NCBI RefSeq assembly: GCF_001194135.2 | Contig: NC_068984.1 | Location: 30,236,355-30,300,354, forward strand | Source: Octopus bimaculoides | Lineage: Eukaryota | Length of the DNA stretch: 64,000 bases | Reading direction: 5' to 3' | Shown: one piece after another, positions 1 to 12,930 of the stretch | Numbering within the stretch: the stretch's first letter is position 1 | How the letters are laid out: each line of letters opens with the position of its first letter | The notes under the pieces: model-generated | Told to the model about the DNA's origin: nothing | What the model saw: the letters and a program-made list of their open reading frames with translations, nothing else | The model's database searches: none | Program-made: the position numbers and the translations under genes

Positions 1-40
1 GGATAAAACTATATATAGATATATATATAAATGCATATGC

Positions 41-73
<33 letters not shown>

Positions 74-123
74 ATATTATTAGGGATAAAACTATATATA
101 GATATATATATAAATGCATATGC

Positions 124-156
<33 letters not shown>

Positions 157-158
157 AT
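1..158. repeat. 83-bp-period tandem duplication of an AT-rich unit
   Basis: GGATAAAACTATATATAGATATATATATAAATGCATATGCATATATATAC(AT)n occurs at 1 and again at 84, near-identical. Confidence 0.85.
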
Positions 159-1111
159 GTATGTAGTCATTATCTTTTGGAATGTATATTAAGAAATCAG
201 GAAATAATTTTTATTGAAACAATGTGATCTATTAGGATTGTAAGAAATATTCCTTAGTTTTGCAGAGTGTAATACCAATGATTGCTCTAGTTACACATAT
301 ATCAAGGAATTATCTCCATCCTCCAACAAATTGATGGCCTTAACATTTCCAAAAGCCTGTCCTCATTAATCACTGTCTTCTGCTTCTATAAACAATGGTG
401 TCCAAATAGTCTACCGTAAGCATTATTCTACGATGCAATGAAGTAAATTGTTAAGACTGGTTGAGGGGTTTTAATTTTTGTCTCTCCTGCTGCCTTTAAT
501 TGGTATGCAAAAAGTGTTTTTACTCCTAACAATGCAGATAATTGCTAGCTTTGTGACATCTATATAAATATCTGTTTTGTATTTTAAGCTATGAGAGTTG
601 CTAGAAAATACAAACCACTTATTCCAAGTCACATAACATCCTGAATCTGCAAGCAGAGTTTTCTTACCAATATTCATTGTAGCTCTAATGATAATCAACA
701 TTGTTAAAATGAAACACACAATAAACCAGGCTTTCTTGGAGAAGTTTCTTTGAATCATTATACACTTGAAAGAAAGTGGAGTTACAAGATCTTTTCATTT
801 CTTACATCTTTGTTATATTATGTTAGTCTCTATGTTTTACCTTCATATCAAATATTTCTTGTTTATTAATATCTACACATAGAATAGCCATTGCAGGCCC
901 TCCCACAATATTGCATGCGCTGAACATTCACATAACTAATAATTAATGTTCTTTTTCTGACAAAAACTTTAAAATGCCTTTCCGTGTAATTGGGCAATTT
1001 ATCTATAAACATGCTTTGTGCATGAGCATTATATTTCAGTATATATGGAAAAATATTCTATAATGCATGAGTGTCTGTACAGTTGTCAAGTAATTTGCAT
1101 GCACGCATGCA

Positions 1112-1149
<38 letters not shown>

Positions 1150-1590
1150 TACATATATATATATATAAATATATATAGCATGTTGGCTGTGACTAGGGTA
1201 ATGCCATTAAAATTACTTTCATTTCATTTCTACAGCCCTGCTACTGGAGTTGCTACTTTTGGTGAATGAGATATTTGGATACTGTTGCGTTTGTTTCCAT
1301 CTCTTGCTGTGACTTAGATTCACCTGGAATCTCAGATGAAAAGATGCCCAGTTTTTATTTATTTATTCTTTTTTTTAAAGTCCTTAGATTTTATACATCA
1401 CCTGTGTATGTTACCTGGTAATGAAAATTGTGGACCCTTAAATGCTTGATTGTCACAATATTGGATCCTAACTCTAGATGGAATGAGTGGGACTTTTAAT
1501 AATTTGTAGTGGTACCTATTTCAAGGATTTGTATCGCTTCCATTTTCAAGCAAGGTTTTGGCACTAGACCCGTTATGATCTCATATATAT

Positions 1591-1761
1591 NNNNNNNNNN
1601 NNNNNNNNNNNNNNNNNNNNNNNNNNNNNNNNNNNNNNNNNNNNNNNNNNNNNNNNNNNNNNNNNNNNNNNNNNNNNNNNNNNNNNNNNNNNNNNNNNNN
1701 NNNNNNNNNNNNNNNNNNNNNNNNNNNNNNNNNNNNNNNNNNNNNNNNNNNNNNNNNNNNN
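1591..1761. other. Assembly gap (N run) inside a (TA)n tract
   Basis: N run flanked by TA repeats. Other gaps are at 3090-3158 and 34267-34276. Confidence 0.98.
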
Positions 1762-1972
1762 TATATATATATATATATCTGTAAAGATATGTGACACTTA
1801 TTCAGTAGCCATTCCGAGTTTCTGATGCCGGGGCTAGGGTCCGCTCCAAACATCTCTTCAATTATCCGTCTACCGGAGATTCTTTTGAAAAATAACTGTT
1901 ACGGAAATAAAAACAATGTGAATATATATATATATATATATATACACATACACTCACACATATATATGTAGT

Positions 1973-2270
1973 GAGGGTGTATGGCCTAGTGGTAAGGGTG
2001 CTGGATTCATGATCGTGAGATCATAGTTTCAATTTCTAGACAGGGTGATGCATTGTGTTCTTGAGCAAAACATGTCATCTCACATTGCTCTGTGATCACT
2101 TCGACTCTTGACGTTTGGCACACTGTGCACCTGTTCAGACAACGTCGATTTGATGGAGAGAGTGAGCTAGTGTTTGGCAAGAACATATAATCACTATAAG
2201 TGGATCATTTGTGCAGGTCATTTGGCAAAAGCTGAATGCCCATTTGTCATCTTTGATGAGAGACTCCATC
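1973..2270 (+). mobile_element. tRNA-derived SINE, family B
   Basis: A-box TGGCCTAGTGG (1982-1992), B-box-like AGTTTCAATTTC (2025-2036), body GCATTGTGTTCTTGAGCAAAAC. Related copies at ~6933-7168 (+), ~19842-20085 (+, variant), ~45507-45800 (+), and partial minus-strand copies at ~14520-14662 and ~15105-15320. Confidence 0.8.
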
Positions 2271-2480
2271 ATATATATATATATGTATATAGTTCTTTGA
2301 TGAGATCCAGATGTTCTCTGTATAGAATACACTTTGTAGTGCTAAAGAGATTTAAATTTGAGCGGATATAGAAATAAATGTAGGGATAAGCAAATTAGAC
2401 AGATCAAAATATAAAGTGTATTAAATACATGAAATACAATATATATATATATGTGTGTATGTGTGTGTGTGTGTGTAGAT

Positions 2481-2846
2481 ATATAAGAAGGCCCAACTTA
2501 CACAGAGTACAAATGATATAGAGAATTAAAGGGGTGGAGGAAAAGTATTACAAATCCTAGAGCTGTTTTGTTGGGGTGGGGTCCATAATAATGTTTGTAG
2601 ATTGATTCTGTCATAGGATGAGATGAACCTCCCTCTTCAGGGACGCTCTCCTTTAATATCCCAAATGTAAGTAAGATCTCTTCCCTGAAGATGGAGGCTC
2701 ATCTCATCCTATGACGGAATCAATCTCCAAACATTATTATAGACTGCTGAGGCTCCAGAAACAGCTGTTTGATTTGTTATACACTTCATCCACCTATTTA
2801 ATTCTCTATATCAATTGTACTCTGTGTAAGTTGGACCTTTTTATAT
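2481..2846. mobile_element. Palindromic (head-to-head) Penelope-like terminal-repeat derivative with hammerhead relics
   Basis: Arm 2481-2643 is the diverged reverse complement of 2682-2846. Right arm reads TTCC-CTGAAGA-TGGAG...CTCCA-GAAA-CAGCTG-TT; left arm has GTCC-CTGAAGA on the minus strand. Confidence 0.7.
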
Positions 2847-2853
2847 GTATACA

Positions 2854-3311
2854 TACTCTCTCTCTTTTACTTGTTTCAGTCATTTGACTTCGACCATGTT
2901 GGAGCACCGCCTTTAGTCGAGCAAATCTACCCCAGGACTTATTCTTTGTAAGCCTAGTACTTATTCTATCGGTCTCTTTTGCCAAACCGCTAAGTTACAG
3001 GGATGTAAACACACCACCATCGGTTGTCAAGCTATGTTGGTGGTACAAACACAGACGCACAAACACACACACACACACACACACACACANNNNNNNNNNN
3101 NNNNNNNNNNNNNNNNNNNNNNNNNNNNNNNNNNNNNNNNNNNNNNNNNNNNNNNNNNGGGCTTCTTTCAGTTTCCGTCTACCAAATCCACTCACAAGGC
3201 TTTGGTCGGCCCGAGGCTATAGTAGAAGACACTTGCCCAAGGTGTCATGCAGCGGGGCTGAACCGGGAACCATGTGGTTGGTAAACAAGCTACTTACCAC
3301 ACAGCCACTCC
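2854..3311 (-). mobile_element. tRNA-derived SINE, family A (CORE-like centre, internal microsatellite)
   Basis: Minus-strand head GGAGTGGCTGTGTGGTAAGTAGCTTG...GGTTCAG, CCTTGGGCAAGTGTC motif, central (CA)n/N gap, tail ACTGAAACAAGTAAAAGAG. Confidence 0.85.
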
Positions 3312-5279
3312 TAGATACATTTTTTGCATTTCATGTATTTAAATATACTTTACATATTGGTCTGTCTCATTTGCTTATCCCTGCAATAGAATAAGTATCA
3401 GGCTTTTAAAAAGCAAAAACATCCCTGAGGTCAAATTGTTTTCCCTAAAAACCCTTCAAGGCAGTGCTCCAGCATGGCCACAGTCAAATAACTGAAACAA
3501 GTAAAAACTAAACGATAAAAGATAGATGGGGTGCGGTGGGGAAGGTGGGTGTTGTGGACAAGCATGTATCTGTGTTCATATCAGTACTTTAAATATAATC
3601 AAACAATTGTATATTCAATTACTGAATTTCACTGTACCATATATATATATATATAGAGAGAGAGAGATACTAAGATAAAATGGCTGATAGATACATAAAT
3701 ACTTTTATATATACACATTAATATAAATACAAAAATATATGCATCTTGCCTATATCTGTTTATCTATCTATCTGTGTGTGTGTCTGTGTATAATATATAA
3801 ATACAAATATATATACATATACATGTACACATGTACACATGTACACATATATATCCACCCACACATGCTCACAAAATATTATGGTTATTTCCATATTAAT
3901 TGCTTATTGATGTCATACTTTCATGAATAAACAAAATAGAAATTCCACAATATTCGAGATCCATGCACATATATTTTTTTTATTAATTTATAATAGAAAT
4001 AACAAGTGCAGCATCACTGATTCCTGGATTTGATGAAGTTACATAGATTTGTTTTAGATAAGGAAAAAAAAATGACTCACACAATACATGCCAACAACCA
4101 TTATTTGAAAGAAATAATTCCATCAACAATTACAGAAAATTATATTAAATACACAAAAATTATACAACCATGGAAATCATGATTAATCCATGCAAATTAT
4201 GTTTAATATTTGTTGAAACTACTGGGATAACAAAAATGGATGGAAGTACTATTTTGTAGGTTTGGAGCAAAGCTAAGATAAATATGAGATAGTGGATCAA
4301 AAGATTAGATAATTTGATTAATCCATATAATACAAGAGTATATATATGTTTGTGTGTGTTTGTGTGTGTGTGTTAGCGTATGCATGCATACATGCATACA
4401 CAGACATATACATTCGTACATACAAGAGACATACATACTTGCATATCTGTGTCTGTGTGTCTGTAAATGTATGTGTGTGTATGTGATATATATATAAATG
4501 TATATACATATACAACACACACACACACACATATATATATATTGCATATTCATACATACATACATATATATATATGCATATATATGTGTGTTTGTATATA
4601 CATATATATATATGTGTATGTGGAGTGCATGTTTGTTTTTGTTCTTTTTATCCCTTCATATTTATAATGTGTTTCGATGTTACAATAGTTTGGACAAATT
4701 TATATTCTTGAAGAATTGGTTTACAGTCAGATGCCCTTCCTAAATATGATTTTCTTTATTTCACTTTTTACTGAGAAGACTTTGGAACAGGAGATGTATT
4801 TAATGGCAAGCAATGACAAATGGTACATCTTGCAGCACAATGTTTTCATCCAATGATATATATATATATATATATCACCAAGAGCTCAGAAAAAAATTGT
4901 GGTATTATTTATTCACCATTACATATGTTTCATTTACTAATAGAAGTTACAAAATTGTGCATGAAGTTGAAAACATCTTCATCATCGCTTAATGTCTGCC
5001 TTCCATACTAGCATATAACATATAAGATATTTCCTATTAGAAATTTTTCAGAGAGAAAATCAAAGAATACATCTGGCTCAAGAATTTCTAATAGTAGATA
5101 TCTTACATATTTTCTTCTACATATACAATTTTGTAGCTCCTATTAACAAATAAAATATGTGTAATAAATAATACCAAAAATATTTCCAATCCCTTGTTTT
5201 CCTATTATAAATCTACAGAAAATATTTTCCAATATTTTCAACTTCTATGCATGCCTCATAGAAATATAACATTTACACA

Positions 5280-5470
5280 TGGATTTCAAGTACTGGAATA
5301 AGCAGATGTACTCCAAGAGGACAGAGCTTGGATTTTAACCCTATCTGATTGAATCCTCTTTGCATCAACATTTTCCTCCTTGTGACAATGTAGCTGTTAA
5401 TCTAACCAACATATCCTTGGTCTGAAGAGTTGCCAGCAGTATACACCATGCTTGGATTTTATCACTTCTG
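5280..5470 (+). mobile_element. Possible highly decayed CR1/L2-group RT fragment
   Basis: Frame ISRCTPRGQSLDFNPI loosely resembles the SGVPQGSVLGP motif. Many stops. Confidence 0.25.
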
Positions 5471-5526
5471 AGGTTCCAGTATCAAATGATGAAAGGTTAG
5501 AGTGTAACAGAAAAACAGAGAAGCAG

Positions 5527-5577
<51 letters not shown>

Positions 5578-5581
<4 letters not shown>

Positions 5582-6846
5582 GGTGGGCTGAAAATTTCAT
5601 AGTCTGACCATGACGCAATGGTTGAACTTGACCAAATGTGTTTTATTTTTCCATGTAGTCTCCTCTGCAGTCCATACACTTCTTTCATCAGTGTTGCAGC
5701 ACTTGGATTTTTGTGGTATAGAAGCTCTCATCCTGACCCTCAAAAACATCTTCAACAGCAGATACGACTTCATCATTGGTCCGATACTACTTCCCATCCA
5801 AGGGCTTTCTCATGTTGGGGAACAAAAAATAGTCAGATGGTGCCAAATCATGAGAATATGGAGGGTGATCAACCAGTTCAAAGCCACAGTCATGCACAAC
5901 AGCTACTGCAGCCACAGATGTGTGTGAGGGAGCATTGTGCTGGTGAAGCAGGACCCCATTCGTCAGTTTTCCAGGCCATTTTGACTTGATTGCTTTTCAT
6001 GGCTGCCTCAGTCAGTTGGCATAGAATTCTTTATTGATAGTATGGCCTTCTGAAGGTAGTCAATAAACACAATGCCCTTTGCATCCCAGAAGAAGGAGGT
6101 CATCACATTCCCTGTTGATTACTCCACCTTAGCCTTCTTTGGTGAGAAAGAAGATGGGTGTTTCCACTGCATGGACTGCTATTTAGTCTCTGGCTCAAAG
6201 TGGTGTACCCAACATTCAGCTTGGGTAATGAAATGTCCAAGAAAACTGGCAGGATTTGCTTTAAAAAAATGTGAAGTTTACCTGCAACATGATCAGCCGA
6301 GCATACTTTTGATCAAGCATCAAAAGTTGTGGCACCCACTGAGTAGAACTTTCGACATGCCAAGTTTGTTATGCGGAATGTTCTCAACTCATTCACAGAT
6401 GACTACAGCATTGGCTATCTGATTTAAATGTCTGTCATCCATCACCATGTGGTAAACACAATCGATGTTTTCTTGGGTGGTCCCTGTGATAGGAAGTCCA
6501 GACTTTGGGTCATCTTCAAAGCTCTTCCTACCACTCTTGAATTCAGCTGTCCACTTTTACACTATTGATAAAGCTGGAGCATCATCCCCTAATGTAGCAA
6601 TCATGTCAGCATGAATGTCTTTAGGGGCTAACCTCTTTTTCTGCAGATATTTGATAACACCATGGTGCCAAATTTTATCCATTTTCACAAAATGTCACTA
6701 GTACCACTTTTCCAAGTCCTCAGTTCTGCATTCACTGTGGGTTTCCCTGGAAAGACAAAATTCATTTAGCATCAGTAAAGGTTGAATTTAATGCATGCCA
6801 AGTTTAATTACTGTATGATAATTCCTTCTTAGTCAGCCTACCCTCG
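5578..6846 (-). mobile_element. Full-length decayed mariner (DD34D-type) transposon
   Basis: Ends TA|TGAGGGTGGGCTGA ... TCAGCCTACCCTCG|TA. Minus-strand peptides: GVIKYLQKKRLAPKDIHADMIATLGDDAPA, FITQAECWVHHFEPETK*QSMQWKH, NVMTSFFWDAKGIVFIDYL. Multiple stops and frameshifts. Confidence 0.92.
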
Positions 6847-7244
6847 TAGACACACATACATGTATGTGTGTGTGTGAGTGTATGTATGCATGTATGTACA
6901 CACATACACATATGCATATACCTACACACACAGAGTGGTTAAGGTGCTACACTGATGATTGCTAGATCATGATTTTAATTCCTAGACTGGGTGGTGCATT
7001 GTGTTCTTCAGCAAAGCATTTCATCTCACCTGTTCATGCAACATCAATTTGATGGAGGGACTGAACTAATGTGCAGCACAAACAATTGACCACTATAGAC
7101 AAATCATTTCTGCAGGATTTTTGGCAAAAGCTGGACACTTGTATGTTGCCTTCACATGAGAGTCCATCACACACACACACACACACACATATCAATAGAT
7201 TCTGTTATTACTGATATTACATGGACTCTAGCATTAATTTGGCC

Positions 7245-8285
7245 TGTTATATATCTGCAGCCCTTCTCACTATTTTGATCACAGTTATCTTATTATCACA
7301 CTGTTACTGTTCATGTTAACATGTGAACCATATGCATTCATTTGCATATTAAGGACTTCTTAATGCTATTTTTAGCAACATATCATTCTATGCAGATGAT
7401 ATTCTCTCTCATCCTACTTCTGTACTCAAATATTTTCTACATAAACCAAAATATTTCTCAACCATGTTGCACTACCACCTAGAACAGAAAAGTTGAGGAC
7501 ATCCAACAAAAGGGAATTGATAATCAATTTACAGTTAACAGCCCCAAGATATTAGCATTACTCATATCAATGAAGCAATCCAACACCACCTCCTAGAACA
7601 ATACAAGGTTGTATCCTTTAGAATCACTATCTTGGCTTCTGTACTGTTCCTTCTTGACAACTGTACTCAGCTATAGATTTTATAATCACTATTAATATTT
7701 GATTTCACAACCTCTGCAATAACATCGCAGCTGTATAGTTTCATGTAACCACAGACTTTATAATCACTATTAATATTTGATCCCACATTTTCTGCTGCTC
7801 CCTTATAGCAACTAAACTGTCTGCCAAAAATGACATGACTCAAAATACTTCAACTTTGATCAGATCTCACACTTCACAAAGCTAAAAGTACAACTCACAT
7901 TTGAGTAATATCCAAAATTTGATCAGCATGCTTCCACGCACAGACACAGACAGAGATACAGACACACACACACACATGCAGATGCAAGCACACACACACA
8001 TGCATGTGCATACAACTAACCACATTTAAGAATGGTTGCCTAGCTGTGTTAGGAAGATTTATTTGTATACTTTAATCTAGAAACATTATTTCTTATCTCA
8101 ACCAGAATCCCTAATACAAATATCTTTCTATCTTTATCTCTCCTCTTAATCTTCTCTTCAAACATAGCACTGAAAAACTTACTCAATTCTTTCATCTCCC
8201 ATATAATGGAGTTCTTTCATAGTTAGCCACTTTATCTTCTGGCATCAATATGCTGAGGTTAAAATGGAACAGCAACTACATCTTC
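7245..8285 (+). mobile_element. Decayed L2/Crack-group LINE RT remnant
   Basis: ISFYADDILSH (YADD motif, ~7385-7410), then FTVNSPKILALLISMKQ. Small internal duplication TTTATAATCACTATTAATATTTGAT at ~7678 and ~7757. Confidence 0.5.
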
Positions 8286-8365
8286 ACACCCCATACATAC
8301 TCATGTACTTGTACACACACCTATATACATGTACATATGCATACATGTATGTATGCACATATATA

Positions 8366-9395
8366 CAGGGTGCATAAGATATTTGAGGACATATATTTTT
8401 GGGGTCATTGCTGCATTTTTTGCTAACTCTGTATAATCTTTGTTTCAGACAATAATAAGGGCAGACCATCAGCTTACTCAAGAAATGAAGAGGCATGCTA
8501 TTATTGTGGTTATCTCGAATTTCAAAAGTTGTCAGACCTTTCGTCTACAAAGTTTGTCAGGAGCTAGAGACTGAAGATGGAAATGTATCACCAGTATCAA
8601 AGTATAAAAAGCTCTCTAAACACTCTGAAATCATCAGAACACCTGAATTTATCCAGCAAGTTCAACAAATCATTGATTACAATCTCAGAAACTCCATGAG
8701 ATCAATTGCAAAAGATCTTCATGTGTCAGGATGAACAGTCAGAAATGTTGTCCCTGAAGACATCACATACAAGTCTTATATGATGAAGAAAGGTCAATTT
8801 GTTAGAAAAAGCAAATGAAAATCACATCAGATCTAAAAGGGTCTTAAACAAACTAAAATATCCAGCAGAAGAAGATTTGATTTGGTTTTTCTTAAGCGAT
8901 AAAAACTTCGACCAAGGTCAAAATGTTAACAGAAGAAATGACACAGTTATGTGCAGACCCTTCTGAAGTTCCCAGTGTTATACATTCAAAATTTCCTGCA
9001 ACTGTCATGATTTTAGGGGTTGTTAGCAGTGAAGGGCATATGATGCCTCCTTACTTCTTTCCACAAGGCTCTAGAGTTAAGTATGCTGCCTACATAGAGG
9101 TCCTGGAAATAATTCTTAAGCCGTGGATAGACAGTGTATGCATTGTAAGGTCATATGTGTTTCAGTAAGACTCTGCACTATCACACATGGCTCTAGTAAC
9201 ACAGGAATGGATGGCTGAAAATTTTCATGATCACATAGCCCCTAACATTTGGCCTCGAGATCTCAATCCATTGCACTATTACATACAGATTATTGTTGAG
9301 AGAGAGATCATAGCACTTTTTGATAAATTTGTTATGTTCTTATATATCTGTTTCTTTTATAAACATACATGTCCTCAAATATCTTATGCATCCTG
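8366..9395 (+). mobile_element. Tc1/mariner DD37D (maT/Bmmar1-like) transposon, decayed and internally deleted
   Basis: TA TSDs at 8364-8365 and 9396-9397. 27-bp TIRs CAGG(G/A)TGCATAAGATATTTGAGGACAT. Peptides FFLSDKNFDQGQNVNRRND, KFPATVMILGVVSSEGHMMPP, YVFQ*DSA, WP(...)DLNPLHYY. D-to-D spacing is 34 aa, or 37 if a deletion in WPPNSPD is restored. Confidence 0.9.
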
Positions 9396-9469
9396 TATAT
9401 GTATTATTTATTGTGAGTGCAAACACTCCTACCACTATCTTATGTGCCTCCACATCCATACATACATTA

Positions 9470-10189
9470 TTGTTGTCAACAGTTGTAGGTCAATGTTGAC
9501 TGTTATTGTTCAATAATCATCTCTTGCAGGCTTACATGTGGGAAACAGACCTGCTCTTGATTTGCAACAGCAATGACATCTGCTGCAGGTGAAGCTACAT
9601 GAAACAATGGAGAAGTGATGCCTCTCATGTGCTCTTTCATATTCTCTCTGTTGTTTCTCCTCAATAGCTGGAATTACAAGCTCCAGAATTCAGTGACATT
9701 CATTACACCTAAAAGCTCTCACCACCCAAGTGTCTGGGGAGATGCCAGAGTTTTTATATGTCCCTTCAGCATATCCTTGTATTGCAGCCTCTGACCATCA
9801 AGGCTCCTCTTACACTGATGCAGTTCAATTTAGAAAGCTGCTTTTCTATACCACAAACATGCCCTGCCAAATGCAACCATGATGAGGTAATGAAGGCCTT
9901 CACACTAACTGCACCAGTGCAGTGCAGGGCCTCTACATCAGGAATGCAATCCTGCCATGTGATAGGCAAGATGAAGCTCAAACGACAAAGTTGGACTAGG
10001 CATTCTGTGACATAGAAAATGTAAGAAGCACTGCAGCACTATACACTTTTATCATCATGTTGCAGGCAACGTCATGACAGCTCTGTAGGTATTTCTCAAG
10101 ACAGCTAAAAGTTTATTTAAAGACTATATTCAGCTCTCAGTTTTGAGGTGAGAAGTGATAGTCCAAGTTACTGCATTGCTGAGATAGGT
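9470..10189 (-). mobile_element. RTE-clade LINE, 3' portion
   Basis: Minus-strand peptides TYLS..., MIKVYSAAVLLTF, ITWQDCIPDVEAL, WLHLAGHVC and C-terminal FTCSRCHCCCKSRAGL, typical of the RTE ORF end. Confidence 0.8.
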
Positions 10190-10503
10190 ACTCTTCTTTG
10201 TGGTGTTTGTGGACTTTTCCAAGACATTTGACATGGTGGACTGAGAAACACTTTAGAAATTGCTTGAGACTCATGTCTGCCCTGAGAAGCTTGTTATTAT
10301 CATCAAGCAGTTCCACACAAGAATGAAAGGACCAGTTGGGAGAGGATTTAGTGAAGCGTTTGCAGTCAAATGTGGTGTAAAGCAGGAGCACATACTTTCC
10401 CCTGCACTCTTCTCTCTCTTCTTTACAGCTGTGCTTGACACCATAAGGGTAAATCTGCACAAGGAAGTTTTTGTCTGCACCAAAGCAGATAGGAAGCTCT
10501 TCA
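10190..10503 (+). mobile_element. RTE-clade LINE RT core, inverted relative to the adjacent 3' portion
   Basis: Plus-strand FFVVFVDFSKTFDMVD, CPEKLVIIIKQFH, FAVKCGVKQEHILSPALFSLFF, ADRKLFN. Confidence 0.85.
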
Positions 10504-10699
10504 ACACACACATACACACACACACACACAGAGGTTTATATACATATATACATGCATATATTTTTCCATGTGAAAACTAGTACTAGAAAGAATTTACAGT
10601 ATTTCATAAATGCATAATTTTGAAATAAATTACGAATTTAAGTATAAACACTTAATTTTTATATTGAGTACTTTCTTTGGGCACATAAATATTAATTTG

Positions 10700-10830
10700 T
10701 AACACTGACACAAGGCTACAACACCATGTCAAAGGTTTAGTCAATTATATCAACACCAGCGCTTGATTGGCACTTTATTGTATTAACCTTAGAAGGATGA
10801 ATACAAAACTGGATTCAGTAGAATATATGC
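10700..10830 (-). mobile_element. tRNA-derived SINE, family C (partial)
   Basis: Shares CACAAGGC...GTCAATTA.ATCAAC.CCAG...TAC/CACTTTATT...AGGATGAA with the fuller copy at 60730-60948. Other copies at ~19505-19680 (-), ~20150-20330 (-), ~24100-24300 (+), ~25410-25620 (-). Confidence 0.6.
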
Positions 10831-11380
10831 TAAAAAAAAAAAATGAAAAATAGAAGGAAATCAAATAAATATGGCAAATTATTTTGTCCAGTACTCTTAC
10901 AATTCTGCCAATTCACCATCCTGTTCTGTAAAGTGTTTAGCACTGGGTGCTTGAATGGTGATATGCAGAATGGATAACTAAATATTAATGGGAATATTAC
11001 TACTAATATATACATGGAAACAGATTTATACACATGTATGCTAACATATACATAAAACTATCCACACTGGTATACATCTATGTGTGTACATGTCTGTGTG
11101 TGGTTGTGTGTGTGTGTGGGGGGGGGTAAGTGTGTTTATATGCTGTGTATAATATAAATAAAGACACTACAGGATAACACATTTGTGTATCATATAATAC
11201 ATATATACACAGATGTAGACATACATGCATGCATAGACACACACATGCATATACATGTGTGTGCATGTATGTATATGTAGGTGTGGGTGAATCTATTCGT
11301 TTCAACAGAAATAATAAACATGCAAATAAAGCACATATATATGTATACATACACATGTATGTATATATTTATATACGTAT

Positions 11381-11423
<43 letters not shown>

Positions 11424-12042
11424 TATACACACACACCCATATATCACTGGTATTTTATGTTTATCTTTAAATGTACAGAACAGTTTTCCATAAATTCTGG
11501 AAAATACAGCTAGAATTATTATTAATACGACTTTTATGAATCAATAATGCTATTATTACAAGAATTACTATTTTCACGATCATCATCATGATGTTCAAAC
11601 CAATATATTCATGTTTTCTACATTGATAAACAACATATAAATTATGAATCTAATTACAATACAATTCTCTGACTGACTGAATGCTTAACAATATTTTACT
11701 TCAAATCGCTTCTCCAGTTTTCCTGTCTCCTTTATATTTGGTTGACTCTTGTTTTATGGATTTGGAAAATAACATTCTGATTTAATGCTCTCTTATTCCA
11801 CATCAATATCAGTTATCACTGATTATGCTCACAGACAAAAATGCTGCCTACCACAGAGCAAATCAAATGATAAGAAATCAGAAATTAGCAATGAAAATCC
11901 AAACTTGGGATCAAAAGTTATTTCAAAGAGATGCTGAGTCAGACCACAAGATATTCTTCGGTATCTTCGGTTTCATTTTACGAACCATATCATGTACTCG
12001 GCTTGCTAGATTTTTACAGCAATAATATTGTCATGATATCAC

Positions 12043-12277
12043 GATCATCATTGTTGTCATTGTTGTTGTCGTCGTCATCATCATCACCTTCATCATCATC
12101 ATCATCATCACTATTATCATTGTCATTGACATTTTCCTCTTCTCCTCCCTCACCACCAAATTCACCAAATTCATCACCATCATCGTCGTCGTCATCATCA
12201 TCATCATCATCATCATCACCATCATCATCATCACCATCATCATCCTCATAATCACCCTCATCATCATCATCATCATT
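12043..12277. repeat. (CAT)n-rich trinucleotide low-complexity tract
   Basis: Imperfect CAT/CGT/CAC runs that explain the poly-Ser, poly-Asp and poly-Met ORFs. A similar tract lies at ~17560-17790. Confidence 0.9.
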
Positions 12278-12781
12278 TATATTGAGCATAGCACTATTTG
12301 TTATGATACAAAGAAATATCCTTAATAACTTTTTTTTTCAGTTATCTGAAAAGGTACTTTTCTATGTCAGTACATGGCATATTTTACACACAACACTCAT
12401 CATTCATTTATACTAAAATCTCCATAACAGTGTAGATGATTCATTCAGATGCATAGATTACCTGATGCTTTTAGCGCATCATTGCTCAGTTCAGTTGTGA
12501 GATTTATAGCAGACTGACAGAGCAACAAGACTTAGATATGTTAGTCATACATGAGTAGGTTATGGACTTTATTTTCGAGGTGTACCTATTGATAACTTTG
12601 TCCATCATATTTTAAGTCTCATTTCTTTATCACTCTATCAGAGATCTTACTACATCATTACTCTATGTAAGATATGTATTCCCTTCTTACATATCACATA
12701 AGCTCACCTTGGGTTTACAGAGATATGACTATTTCAGTTACTAGTTTGTACATTGATCTTTGTCAAATTGAAATTAGATCT

Positions 12782-12930
12782 TTAACCCTTTTGTTACAGT
12801 ATTTATTTTGAAATGCTCTGTGTTTCTTTCAATTAATTTTAAATATAACAAAAAATTTAGTAAGGTAACTTAGTTATTATTAAACTAGTGTTAGAAACAA
12901 ATTGTGACAAGATTTGGTGGAAGATTTTAA
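12782..12930 (+). mobile_element. One end of a TTAA/CCCTTT-terminated MITE (piggyBac-like)
   Basis: TTAA|CCCTTTTGTTAC start. No second end found. Confidence 0.35.

Noticed and set aside
1-158. Near-perfect 83-bp duplication at the window start as a biological feature
   Set aside because: It is TA-rich, near-identical and at a microsatellite, so it cannot be told from an assembly duplication without reads.
471-758. 95-aa minus ORF with a hydrophobic N-terminus
   Set aside because: No recognisable domain, splice context or paralog. ORFs of this size arise by chance in AT-rich DNA.
1811-1868. Minus-strand hammerhead-like TTGAAGA-GATG...CATCA-GAAAC next to a (TA)n gap
   Set aside because: C3 is mutated, and stem I and the NUH site are not recoverable. 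At most a dead PLE end.
11825-12289. Acidic, poly-Ser and poly-Met ORFs and a possible exon at ~11835
   Set aside because: The ORFs are translations of (CAT)n repeats; the exon lacks a convincing donor and any homology.
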